A stretch of DNA of 31,599 nucleotides from a virus (Duplodnaviria > Caudoviricetes), in the IMG/VR virus record IMGVR_UViG_3300012667_000260, positions 1 through 31,599 of that record; one strand, given 5' to 3'. The notes below the pieces were generated by a model. It was not told the DNA's origin. It was given only the letters and a program-made list of their open reading frames with translations, and searched no databases. Made by a program: the position numbers and the translations under genes. Positions within the stretch are counted from its first letter, which is position 1. Each line of letters starts with the position of its first letter. Positions 1-8,298 of the stretch are shown here, in pieces.

Positions 1-19
1 CCTCATACACGATGTGAGT
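1..19. repeat. Terminal direct repeat, left copy (circular assembly overlap)
   Basis: cctcatacacgatgtgagt at 1-19 is identical to 31581-31599. Confidence 0.95.
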
Positions 20-322
20 TGAATCATCCACACGAATGGTGAGCAATCTCAAGAATCCTCTCAACTGCTCAATCCCGTCTTCGTAGATAATGCAATCCGC
101 TTTGATGTTTGGATTGAAGGATGTGCCGTAGACCGTCTGCTCAACCTCAAAAAGATGAGAGAAGATTTTGTTGTTTGTCGCAGTACCCGGAATCTCAATT
201 GTCTTTGACCATTCACTTTCTCGTGATTCGGGTTCACGGATGTCCGCAATGCTTCGTGTGATCAGCACATTCGCATTCTGCAACAATTCTAAAGGTTGCC
301 CTTCAACTAAAATTTCTATCAT
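1..322 (-). CDS. N-terminal part of the large tail protein, continuing across the circular junction into 31599..29191 (about 903 aa total)
   Basis: ATG at 322 overlaps the upstream stop (ATGA). It reads MIEILVEGQPLELLQNANVLITRSIADIREPESRESEWSKTIEIPGT...DDSTHIVYE with no stop. Position 10 corresponds to 31590 and 322-10=312, so it is in frame with the 799-aa ORF. Confidence 0.9.
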   Translation of the reverse strand, partial: MIEILVEGQPLELLQNANVLITRSIADIREPESRESEWSKTIEIPGTATNNKIFSHLFEVEQTVYGTSFNPNIKADCIIYEDGIEQLRGFLRLLTIRVDDSTHIVYE

Positions 323-1446
323 CTTCTTTGTCTCTTGGTATCAAAAGAATAAGTGATGTCCAACTCAAGCAAGAACGCATTGTCCTGAATGTGCTTTTTC
401 ACCTCATAGTTTGTTGTATCTATGTTGACGGCAACCAATGTACCATCATAAGCATAAACGACTGGAGAGGATATCAAATCAAGCAACCATTGTGACTGTG
501 CTTCCGTAATCCAATTGCTGAACAACTTCACCTTGTGCATCATATTTGTGTCATAGGTTTTGGTCTTGAACGATGATGTCTCATATCCATATGATGCACC
601 CAATGTGTAAGGGTTGGCAGAGAATTGCCGTCTTGCAATATCGTAGGTATCTCTTCTCACTCGGTTGAATCGGAATGAATCAAATCCACCCAATGAGTTT
701 AGGAAGAACAAATCGGTTGTATCGTATTTGCTGCACTCTTCAATTAGGTTCACACGATAGGTTTCGGATAGAACCGTTGCCCCAAGTTTTAACTGAATGT
801 CATAGTATGTCGCTGCACCCGGAATTGACAATTGGCTTCCTGATGGAATCCGAACTATCTTGGAAGACGGCAATGACAAAGTTTGTGTGGATGCATCGGA
901 GTAAGTAATCACCGCAGATGTTGCAGTATCTCTTATCGCATACAACCAATCCTTTTGAGTGCGATGTATTGTCTTTGAACGAATCGGTGTCAAGAACTTA
1001 CCGTCTCCATCCATTGTGTATTGACCGGAATAGTTGACCAAGTCATATGGATTCAATGCAGCGTTCCAAACCGTTCCAGTTGCTGAAGTCAAGTTGGTGA
1101 ATTCTGTTATACTACCGGTGGCTGATGCAGAATACTCATACCCAAATTCAACTTTGTAATCCATTGAGGAGTTAACACAACCACTTGCAAGGGTATCATT
1201 ATAGTTCCAATCAAAAGAGATGTAGTTCTCAAGGATGCGACCAATGTTGAAAACCCCTTTGTTTGTGCTTCCATAGTAAATCGGTGCTTTCAGTTTGGCA
1301 AGTGATGTCGTGTTTTGCTTTACCTCTGCAATAAACTTGAAATTGTCTTTTGAATAGATACCACCGCTGGATTCCGATATCACAAAATTGGTATCGTTGT
1401 ATCCGGGTGCATATGTGTTTGGTTGTTGAGTGATAGATAATGCCAC
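319..1446 (-). CDS. Putative tail/virion structural protein, about 375 aa
   Basis: Long S/T/G/N-rich ORF between the tail chaperone and the large tail gene, with FLNSLGGFDSF and SNWITEAQSQWLLDLISSP segments. Start moved to GTG at 1446, just after the late promoter motif. Confidence 0.7.
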   Translation of the reverse strand: MALSITQQPNTYAPGYNDTNFVISESSGGIYSKDNFKFIAEVKQNTTSLAKLKAPIYYGSTNKGVFNIGRILENYISFDWNYNDTLASGCVNSSMDYKVEFGYEYSASATGSITEFTNLTSATGTVWNAALNPYDLVNYSGQYTMDGDGKFLTPIRSKTIHRTQKDWLYAIRDTATSAVITYSDASTQTLSLPSSKIVRIPSGSQLSIPGAATYYDIQLKLGATVLSETYRVNLIEECSKYDTTDLFFLNSLGGFDSFRFNRVRRDTYDIARRQFSANPYTLGASYGYETSSFKTKTYDTNMMHKVKLFSNWITEAQSQWLLDLISSPVVYAYDGTLVAVNIDTTNYEVKKHIQDNAFLLELDITYSFDTKRQRR

Positions 1447-1452
1447 ACACAA

Positions 1453-1475
1453 AAATAGCACTCGTTGGAATGCGT
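1453..1475 (-). promoter_or_regulatory. Candidate late promoter ACG-N13-GCTATTT
   Basis: Same motif and spacing as at 18655, 20571, 24437 and 26515; 13 nt from G to the GTG start. Confidence 0.55.
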
Positions 1476-1574
1476 TCCAAATGTGTCTTATAGTACGCAA
1501 AAGCATATAATTTGTCCGATATATAACACATTATACTCAAACGCATATACTAATGACTGATATGTGAGACATTC

Positions 1575-1862
1575 TCACAACATCTCATTCAAACAAGCAA
1601 TGACATAGGTCTCAAATCCTTTGGTTGATGCCTGATCTAATCGTTTCAACTTCTCTTTTGATTGTTGCTTATAGAAAGCCATAGAATTAAGAAATTCTAC
1701 CAATGGCATATGAAGAAAGAAATCCCACTTTGTACGGTCTTTGTTTGCCATATGATGCACCATCTCCAGCCAATTGAATGGACTTACTGCTTCTCCAATT
1801 TGCTCATCTCCTCCTTCAAAAAGGAGTGGATACATTGCAATAACTTTGGATAGGCTGCCGAA
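1575..1862 (-). CDS. -1 frame extension of the tail assembly chaperone (gpGT-like, fused product about 251 aa)
   Basis: The -1 frame is open from the T9 run: FGSLSKVIAMYPLLFEGG...FNWLEMVHHMANKDRTKWD...EML. No strong independent start. Confidence 0.7.
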   Translation of the reverse strand, partial: FGSLSKVIAMYPLLFEGGDEQIGEAVSPFNWLEMVHHMANKDRTKWDFFLHMPLVEFLNSMAFYKQQSKEKLKRLDQASTKGFETYVIACLNEML

Positions 1863-2329
1863 AAAAAAACTGCATAGGAATATGGAAGCGGAACTTCCAT
1901 TGACAGAAACAAATCGCACTTGTCTTGGTAGTGTGCTTGAGCATCTTTGATGGTCTTTGACTTGCCAAAGAAATCCACCTCGTATGCAAGTAAAGCCATT
2001 ATTTTATGAAGGCTTTCAATCGTATCTCCGTTGAACACTTGCTGAAGTTCAATGAAGTGGTGACCGCAAATCTCGTTGGGTGTTTTTGCCAATCGGAAAT
2101 ATCTGCCTTTGTGCTTGAACATAAATTGCACAGGTCTATTTGGAAGCTCATTCAAGAACTCCAACTTTTTGAACTCTCTTGTAAGGTCATCAATCGGCAT
2201 TGATTCTACCTTGTCCATTGACCAATGGTTAACGATGGCAAGTATGTTCATTGTCCGTTCAATGTTGGACATATCACGACAAGAGTGAATCTCTTGCAGT
2301 TGGTGGATGGTTATGTTGTTCCAGTTCAT
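1784..2329 (-). CDS. Tail assembly chaperone-like protein (gpG-like), 181 aa
   Basis: ATG at 2329 immediately after the TerL stop; slippery GTT TTT TTT TCG near the 3' end. Confidence 0.7.
   Translation of the reverse strand: MNWNNITIHQLQEIHSCRDMSNIERTMNILAIVNHWSMDKVESMPIDDLTREFKKLEFLNELPNRPVQFMFKHKGRYFRLAKTPNEICGHHFIELQQVFNGDTIESLHKIMALLAYEVDFFGKSKTIKDAQAHYQDKCDLFLSMEVPLPYSYAVFFSAAYPKLLQCIHSFLKEEMSKLEKQ
1860..1870 (-). other. Programmed -1 frameshift slippery site (G TTT TTT TTT C)
   Basis: Nine-T run in X XXY YYZ register joining two overlapping ORFs. Confidence 0.7.
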
Positions 2330-2330
2330 A

Positions 2331-3518
2331 TTAAGCAAAATAAAAAGTTCCCGGTCTGTTGTGTTTTTTGCAATCGTTAGCAAGTGCAAGGGAGTTGACT
2401 GCGTCATCGTGAAGACCTGAAGGTGCGGTATACCTTACCCCATTACGAGTGTATTCAAATTCAAAGTTTTCCAATTCACCACCATAGGGATTTTCGGGAA
2501 ATCTTATGTTGTTTCCTTGAATCTCCATCACCAAACTTTCAATCAGTTGTTGTTTGCTTTGGCTTGTGTACTTGAATCCAAATATCTTTGGCAACACCTT
2601 TTGCAAATCCTCCACGATTGGATCACCCAAACCCGTTGCGTCTATATAGGCTGGTGTTTTTCCAACAACTGAAATGATTTTGTTCTTGGTTTGTGTCCAA
2701 TCGGCTTGGAATCTGTCAGTATAACACACACGATTCTCGTTATCCAATCCCGTTATCACTGTCCAATCCGTATATTTTGCAAGGTCAATCCCAAATGCTA
2801 CTGGTGATTTGTTGCTTAATGGTGCTATGCATCGGTGGATTGCATCAATTCCGAATGGGTTGGTCTTATCATCCGCTGGTTCTGCCAAATACAACTCGTT
2901 GAAGACATGAAGTGGTAGATCTCGTTTGGCTTGTTCCACCTCCTCAAGTTTGAGAATCCCTTCCTTCACCGCATCGTATGCCGTTATCTTAAAGTATCGA
3001 TAATCACTCTCACCGCTTCTCGCCCGTTCCCCTAACTTGTAGAACCAATTCTTTTTCCCTTTGACATTCCCAATCAGTTTGCACTTGCCTTGTGTGGCAG
3101 TTAGGGTTGAACGCATCGCATACCAACTCTCCTCACGCATCCTTGATGCCTCATCTATCACGGCAGCATACACATCATCCCCATACAAGTTGTCAGGCTT
3201 CTCACCTGATTTGAATTCTATCCTTGCACCCGTTGGAAGAGTAAGCAAGAGTTTTGTTTCATTGCTGATAAAGAAGTTCTTGTCCGTGACTTGTGACTTC
3301 ATCCTTCGGAATGCTATCTCCGCTTGTTGGTATACAGGTGCAACCCACCAAACAGATTGATTGTCCTTGCATTTCAACGCTTGTTCAAATAACCATATGA
3401 TGTGAGATGCCGTCTTACCCGTCTTTGTACTCGCAGCAGTAATGGTAAAACGAGCATCACAATCAAGGATGTCTTTTTGGTAACTCGTGACATATGGTCT
3501 TTGATAGGTTATTTGCAT
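2331..3518 (-). CDS. terL: Terminase large subunit
   Basis: Walker A ASTKTGKT, Walker B VIDEAS, RNase H-like nuclease GIDLAKYTDWTVI and HDDAVNSLALA. Confidence 0.93.
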   Translation of the reverse strand: MQITYQRPYVTSYQKDILDCDARFTITAASTKTGKTASHIIWLFEQALKCKDNQSVWWVAPVYQQAEIAFRRMKSQVTDKNFFISNETKLLLTLPTGARIEFKSGEKPDNLYGDDVYAAVIDEASRMREESWYAMRSTLTATQGKCKLIGNVKGKKNWFYKLGERARSGESDYRYFKITAYDAVKEGILKLEEVEQAKRDLPLHVFNELYLAEPADDKTNPFGIDAIHRCIAPLSNKSPVAFGIDLAKYTDWTVITGLDNENRVCYTDRFQADWTQTKNKIISVVGKTPAYIDATGLGDPIVEDLQKVLPKIFGFKYTSQSKQQLIESLVMEIQGNNIRFPENPYGGELENFEFEYTRNGVRYTAPSGLHDDAVNSLALANDCKKHNRPGTFYFA

Positions 3519-4495
3519 AAACTTTGATAAACACTTAATCGTGTTAAATTGTGCAGTTCAAGGTTGTGGTATGTCTCACAATAGATGCGATTTGATTCGC
3601 CCATTGATTGTCTCACCGAATGACCAGCATCAATCAACTTTTCTATGGATGCTTTCCAGTTGTTTTGGGTTGCGAATATCACACCATCGTTTCCGGTATG
3701 GTACAAATATGGGTAAACTGCTGAACATATAATGGGCAAAGAATAGGCAGCGGCTTCCACAATCTTCAACTCACTCTTGCAGTTGTTAAAGTGGTTGTCC
3801 TGAAGTGGTGCAAGTACGAAATCAAAGTGCTTGTAGACCTCCCCGTATTCAAATACCGAAGTACCTTGCACGATGTTGGCTTTTGGAATCAGTTTGACGA
3901 TGTTGTTCCAATGATCACTCGGTGTGTATCCGCAAATGTAGAAATCCACATCCATTGAATTGATGTCATCGGCAATGAGCTTCAAATCCTCCTCGTGTGT
4001 GATTCCACCAACCCATCCAATTTTCACTTTCTCGTTCTTCTCCTTTGGTTGCTTCCATTGGTTGTGAGATGTATCCAGGCAGTTTGGCACAATGTAAACA
4101 TTCTCGTTGATTGTCCTCACTTCATTGGCGAGTTTTTGAGTGGTGCAGAATACCGCATCCGCATAGTTGATGGCATCCTTGATTGAGTTCTTGATCCCTT
4201 TGCGATATGCCCAATATGCAGGGTTGTATTTTGGAAGTACCCAATAATCATCCACATCAATCACATAAGGCTTCCCGGCATCCGTGATTCGTTTCAATAC
4301 ATCGTACTGGTTCTTTCCAAGCCATCGTGAGAAGAGAATCACATCGTAGGGTGCGAGGTCAACCGTCATCCATTCGGCTTGTGATTGACAAACATCAACC
4401 TCCGCTTCTCCGTTTATTTGCATTCTCAAATGTGGTGCATAGATGCGATGGTAAACCACACCATTGATTCCGTCTGTTAGTATTAATAGTTTCAT
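3509..4495 (-). CDS. GT-B fold glycosyltransferase (GT4-like)
   Basis: YVIDVDDYW, IGWVGGITHEEDL, LAPLQDNHFNNCKSELKIVEAAAYSLPIICS. Confidence 0.85.
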   Translation of the reverse strand: MKLLILTDGINGVVYHRIYAPHLRMQINGEAEVDVCQSQAEWMTVDLAPYDVILFSRWLGKNQYDVLKRITDAGKPYVIDVDDYWVLPKYNPAYWAYRKGIKNSIKDAINYADAVFCTTQKLANEVRTINENVYIVPNCLDTSHNQWKQPKEKNEKVKIGWVGGITHEEDLKLIADDINSMDVDFYICGYTPSDHWNNIVKLIPKANIVQGTSVFEYGEVYKHFDFVLAPLQDNHFNNCKSELKIVEAAAYSLPIICSAVYPYLYHTGNDGVIFATQNNWKASIEKLIDAGHSVRQSMGESNRIYCETYHNLELHNLTRLSVYQSLCK

Positions 4496-5235
4496 AGGGT
4501 ATTAAGTAAGTAATTAAAGCCTTGATTCGTTACATAGTCAAAGCCATTGTTGACAGGGATAACATTGGGTGAGTGAACGCATACCTCAAGCAATCGTTTT
4601 ACCTTCATTTGCTCTGCAATTGCGTAGGTGCTTGACTGATTCCCAATGAACGCCTTACAACTGCCGACAATCGTTGCCAACATCAACGCATCTTGACATT
4701 TTAAGAGTTCACAATCCAACTGCCATCTCTCGGTGAATGCGATGTATTCCGATTCGTAGCCAAAGAAAACGCACTTGTGTTCCTTGAGTGGGAAATAGTT
4801 GATGTCGTGATTGCGATAACGAGCAGAGAAGTTTAAGAGAATCTTGTCCGCAAAGTATGGTATAGGTTCACTCGCTTCAATGCAAGGTTCGTTAAGGCCT
4901 GTTATCAATTCGGGATAGACAAGGAAGTGATTCCGTCTCAAATCACCAGCAACAAGATTCAATCCGTGGTGCCTGAACTTATCAAAATCATACCCCATAT
5001 CCATATGCGAGTGCATCTCAACCTTTCTAATGTACGATTGATGCTCAAGTAATGGTTTGATATATTCGTATGAGTTTAAGTTCATACAGTATCCACCGCT
5101 TGGATGACCGGAAACAGTATTCTGCTCACGGAATCCGATGTGGAAATCTACCGCACCGTGTAACTCTGCAACTCGCTTGGTTGCCGTGAGTGAATAGATC
5201 AAATCACCAAGATGTCCCGACTGGATAACCCTCAT
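4492..5235 (-). CDS. Glycosyltransferase, GT9 (heptosyltransferase)-like
   Basis: N-terminal SGHLGDLIYSL, LLEHQSYI and FIGNQSSTYAIA resemble GT9 motifs. Confidence 0.6.
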   Translation of the reverse strand: MRVIQSGHLGDLIYSLTATKRVAELHGAVDFHIGFREQNTVSGHPSGGYCMNLNSYEYIKPLLEHQSYIRKVEMHSHMDMGYDFDKFRHHGLNLVAGDLRRNHFLVYPELITGLNEPCIEASEPIPYFADKILLNFSARYRNHDINYFPLKEHKCVFFGYESEYIAFTERWQLDCELLKCQDALMLATIVGSCKAFIGNQSSTYAIAEQMKVKRLLEVCVHSPNVIPVNNGFDYVTNQGFNYLLNTL

Positions 5236-5411
5236 AGTTCTTGCAGTATTTGTTTGACCTCCAAATAGAACATCAACTCATTGCGATTCTGCCACGAGTT
5301 ATGAGACAACGCCTCAATGATTTGGTCAACTGCAACCAATGAGCAATCCTTCACCGTCAACGAGTTGTTGAACGATTCTTTGATTTCTTGTGCCTTGTCT
5401 TGTGATGTCAT
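5232..5411 (-). CDS. Small hypothetical protein, 59 aa (MTSQDKAQEIKE...)
   Basis: ATGA-coupled to both neighbours. Confidence 0.65.
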   Translation of the reverse strand: MTSQDKAQEIKESFNNSLTVKDCSLVAVDQIIEALSHNSWQNRNELMFYLEVKQILQEL

Positions 5412-5593
5412 TCGTTCGGAGTTACTGGGATAGGCATCCAATATGCCACATCAATAATTGCATTCGTGTACTCATCAACCCAAAGGTCATCAAAGTACCT
5501 TGCCAAAGTTATTCTCGCATCCGTAGTGTAAACGACTTGGATGTCTTCGTCTTGTGGTGGTAGTTTGTCATCACCTCTCCAACTTGCTCTCAT
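5408..5593 (-). CDS. DUF551-like small protein
   Basis: W..D.KLP...VAYWMPIP signature. Confidence 0.7.
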   Translation of the reverse strand: MRASWRGDDKLPPQDEDIQVVYTTDARITLARYFDDLWVDEYTNAIIDVAYWMPIPVTPNE

Positions 5594-5948
5594 CTAAATT
5601 CAAAGTTATTGTGAAATTTTTACTTTCTATAGTTTGGTCAATTGTTTCTTTTGGTTTGCCTTGTGATCGTGTAAGCAACATCTCCAAGTTGAACAGAGAG
5701 TTCTTGTCGTGCGATTTCAATAATGCACCGGCTATGATGCGTTCAAAGATTGTGTACTCATCTCCTCTGTCTATCTTCTCCAGTTCTTTCCGTGATAAGG
5801 TAAGCATAGCGTTCACACTATCCTCAACCTGACTTTTGGTGTATCCAATCTCTTTCAATTGGGTGATTAATTTTTGCGGTCTGCCTTGAAGATTTCTTCT
5901 TTCATCTTCACCTTTCTTGAACGGTTTTAAGTTTTCAGGGTTTGCCAT
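5571..5948 (-). CDS. terS: Terminase small subunit (putative)
   Basis: MANPENLKPFKKGEDERRNLQGRP N-terminus, GKPKETID tail, position after HNH and upstream of TerL. Confidence 0.75.
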   Translation of the reverse strand: MANPENLKPFKKGEDERRNLQGRPQKLITQLKEIGYTKSQVEDSVNAMLTLSRKELEKIDRGDEYTIFERIIAGALLKSHDKNSLFNLEMLLTRSQGKPKETIDQTIESKNFTITLNLDESKLER

Positions 5949-5964
5949 AATTCTCGCAGTTGGT

Positions 5965-6216
5965 TCACAGTTTCAATTTCTCTTGGTGCTTCTCTTTCAA
6001 AAAATCCTTGTATTGTTTTTTGTCACCATATTTGATGTGACATTCTCTGCACAAACACATTAGGTTTTCAATCACATCTTTTGTTTTTGTACCTCCCATT
6101 CCCCTTGCTTCAATGTGGTGAAGGTCGTTCCCAACTTTCCCACATACCTCACAATCTATGAATGAGCTGATGTCATAGCCAAAGTGTTTGAAATATACCA
6201 TTGTGTGTTTCTTCAT
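5965..6216 (-). CDS. HNH endonuclease (terminase-associated, HK97 gp74-like position)
   Basis: CEVCG...DLHHI...ENLMCLCRECH. Confidence 0.85.
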   Translation of the reverse strand: MKKHTMVYFKHFGYDISSFIDCEVCGKVGNDLHHIEARGMGGTKTKDVIENLMCLCRECHIKYGDKKQYKDFLKEKHQEKLKL

Positions 6217-6434
6217 ACCTCAAGATTATACTCATTCAGCAGTTGGTGAAGTTTGTCTCTTGTCTCTTGCAATGCTTTATAGGTATCCTCGCTTTGGTTA
6301 TCCGGTGCATACTTAATCAATCCTCTCAAGTGCTGGTCTAAATAGTAAGCAACCAGAGAGAATTTGTATCCGTTCACCGCCATATCAAACTCTGCTCGTT
6401 CTTCAGTAAGGTCAAACTCAAGGATTGCTTTCAT
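6213..6434 (-). CDS. Hypothetical protein, 73 aa (MKAILEFDL...)
   Basis: ATG at 6434; stop overlaps the HNH start. Confidence 0.7.
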   Translation of the reverse strand: MKAILEFDLTEERAEFDMAVNGYKFSLVAYYLDQHLRGLIKYAPDNQSEDTYKALQETRDKLHQLLNEYNLEV

Positions 6435-6696
6435 TCTTTCTCCTCCTCTTTGGTTTCTGCTCATCATCGGCAAGTTGTGCTTTGGTGATGGCTTCTTGTT
6501 GTTGGTTTGCCCATATCAAAAGTGAGTGCAAGGCTTCGGTTACACAAGTACTGCAATTAGGCAAGTTCCTTCCGAAGATTTCTCTGTGGACATTGTTCAG
6601 GATTGCACCTTGTTCTGGTGATGGTGCGAACACTTGTGTTTTCTTCCAGTTGTCGTACAACGGTTGTAGTGATAGTATGAATTCAATGTTGCTCAT
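6418..6696 (-). CDS. Small CxxC protein
   Basis: LPNCSTCV motif; coupled to the upstream membrane protein. Confidence 0.7.
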   Translation of the reverse strand: MSNIEFILSLQPLYDNWKKTQVFAPSPEQGAILNNVHREIFGRNLPNCSTCVTEALHSLLIWANQQQEAITKAQLADDEQKPKRRRKNESNP

Positions 6697-6947
6697 AGTT
6701 TAGTTTCTAATAGTGCGACAATCACGGTGGCGATGGATGCATAAAGTATCCCCACCCAACCGTAGGTGTATAGGAAAAAGGACAAACCCAACCACCAAGA
6801 CAAGCAGAACGCACAATCAAGTGGTTTCATTCGCTTCCATTTGGAATAGTCACTACCGTAGAGATAGCGTTTGAGAAGGTCGGCTGGTTTGCCAAAGTTT
6901 ACGATGATGATTGCCAAACAAGCAATTCCAATTATTTCTGTGTGCAT
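6693..6947 (-). CDS. Small membrane protein with CxxC (DUF1360-like)
   Basis: Hydrophobic segments and KPLDCAFCLSWW. Confidence 0.7.
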   Translation of the reverse strand: MHTEIIGIACLAIIIVNFGKPADLLKRYLYGSDYSKWKRMKPLDCAFCLSWWLGLSFFLYTYGWVGILYASIATVIVALLETKL

Positions 6948-7441
6948 CGGTCTTTCATTAGTTTAATTACTCTCAACACTTCACGAACGGATATATCTGT
7001 CTTTCGATGGATTGCCCTTGCTGACATTCCTGAACACCATAGTTTGAATAACTCCCTTTCATAAAAATATGCTGATTCTGTTACTTGGTTTATTTTGTTG
7101 ATTCTTTCAAGTTCAATTCCTTCGGCTTGTTCCCTCTCATCCAGTAAGTCAATTTCTTCAGCGAAGTCAAGCTCGTACACATCGTGTTGGTCATATATGC
7201 GAGAGTTACCAAAGGGATGCCTGTTGCCGTTGATAGCCAAATACAACAGACGGATTGACCAAAACTGGATGTATCCGTCTCTGTATATTTTCTCGATTTG
7301 TTCATCAGGTTTCTCAAGTATGGTTAAAAAGTAAAATTGATATAACTCTCTTGCCAACTCATTGTTTTTTGCAATGTTCTTGGTGGCTTTCCTCAACCAA
7401 TCGGCTTTGGATAGTTCCAATATGATGTCGGCTTTATTCAA
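6932..7441 (-). CDS. ECF-type sigma-70-like factor
   Basis: Region-2-like ELARELYQFYFLTI and region-4 HTH ERELFKLWCSGMSARAIHRKTDISVREVLRVI; 169 aa; TTG start. Confidence 0.75.
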   Translation of the reverse strand: MNKADIILELSKADWLRKATKNIAKNNELARELYQFYFLTILEKPDEQIEKIYRDGYIQFWSIRLLYLAINGNRHPFGNSRIYDQHDVYELDFAEEIDLLDEREQAEGIELERINKINQVTESAYFYERELFKLWCSGMSARAIHRKTDISVREVLRVIKLMKDRCTQK

Positions 7442-7446
7442 TTTTT

Positions 7447-7467
7447 CTTTTCAATAATGCAAATATA
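7447..7467 (-). promoter_or_regulatory. Bacteroidota -7 element TATATTTG overlapped by the 19-bp operator-like repeat
   Basis: TATATTTG at 7467-7460; TATTTGCATTATTGAAAAG at 7465-7447. Confidence 0.65.
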
Positions 7468-7513
7468 ACCATCTTTTTCGTATTTTTTTTGACATCTTAT
7501 CACCTGATCTTCC

Positions 7514-7987
7514 TCATACAAGATGTGTATCGTGCTGGAGAGTCCTTTGGTGCAAGTAATCACCCAATAACTGAAGGGATGTTTCATAGGTTTGTCGTGT
7601 GGTTCTATCGTGTGTAATTAGATTGTCAAACACATTGATGGCATTCATCACGCTGGAATGGTCTCTCCCTAATATATAGCCAATTGAACTAAATGTCATC
7701 TTCAAGTGCTTACGGCAAAGGAAGGAAAACATATGACGAGCATACACAACCGATTGTTTTCTCAAGGATGAAATAACAAGATCAGGTGTGACATCGTAGG
7801 CTTGGCAACAAACCCTCATTGCATCTGTCCAATCAGCGTCAATGGTCTTCAAATCACACTTGGGTTGAATGATTTCTTGTTTGAGCCTTTTAATTTCTTT
7901 GTCGTGCTTGACGGTTATGTCTGCAATCTGTAAACGCAATCTGCGAATCTCTTGCTTCAGGTTGTGGGTTTCTTGATATGGGTTCAT
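7514..7987 (-). CDS. Coiled-coil plus DnaA C-terminal (domain IV) HTH protein
   Basis: RKQSVVYARHMFSFLCRKHLKMTFSSIGYILGRDHSSVMNAI matches the DnaA domain IV signature. Confidence 0.8.
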   Translation of the reverse strand: MNPYQETHNLKQEIRRLRLQIADITVKHDKEIKRLKQEIIQPKCDLKTIDADWTDAMRVCCQAYDVTPDLVISSLRKQSVVYARHMFSFLCRKHLKMTFSSIGYILGRDHSSVMNAINVFDNLITHDRTTRQTYETSLQLLGDYLHQRTLQHDTHLV

Positions 7988-8298
7988 TAGAATTGAATTT
8001 TACATTTTTGACATTTGTGTTTGTTTACGGTTTTGAGAAACCACACCTTACCAATTTGATTACACTTTGGGCATTTGGGATGTTCATCAAGTACGATTGA
8101 ATCATAGACTGATTGCCAGTAGTCGTGACCTTGTGGCGTTTTATCCCATTTGAACGCATCTAACAGCATATCTTGGAGTGTGTTATAGCATTGCACCTTT
8201 TTATCCTTTTCAACGAGTGAGATGAATTCTTTGTACATTGGCAAGTCCTTTGCTTTCGTTCGCAGTTGGTTGAATCTGCGGTAGTCAATTATTTTCAT
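7987..8298 (-). CDS. Hypothetical protein with C-terminal zinc ribbon
   Basis: AFKWDKTPQGHDYW; CPKC...CQKC. Confidence 0.7.
   Translation of the reverse strand: MKIIDYRRFNQLRTKAKDLPMYKEFISLVEKDKKVQCYNTLQDMLLDAFKWDKTPQGHDYWQSVYDSIVLDEHPKCPKCNQIGKVWFLKTVNKHKCQKCKIQF

Noticed and set aside
1-19. Terminal repeat as a biological DTR or att site
   Set aside because: It falls mid-gene and is best explained as assembler overlap on a circular contig
1229-1546. 105-aa minus-strand ORF, and the N-terminal extension of the tail gene to 1506
   Set aside because: Out-of-frame shadow of the tail gene; the late motif supports the GTG start at 1446
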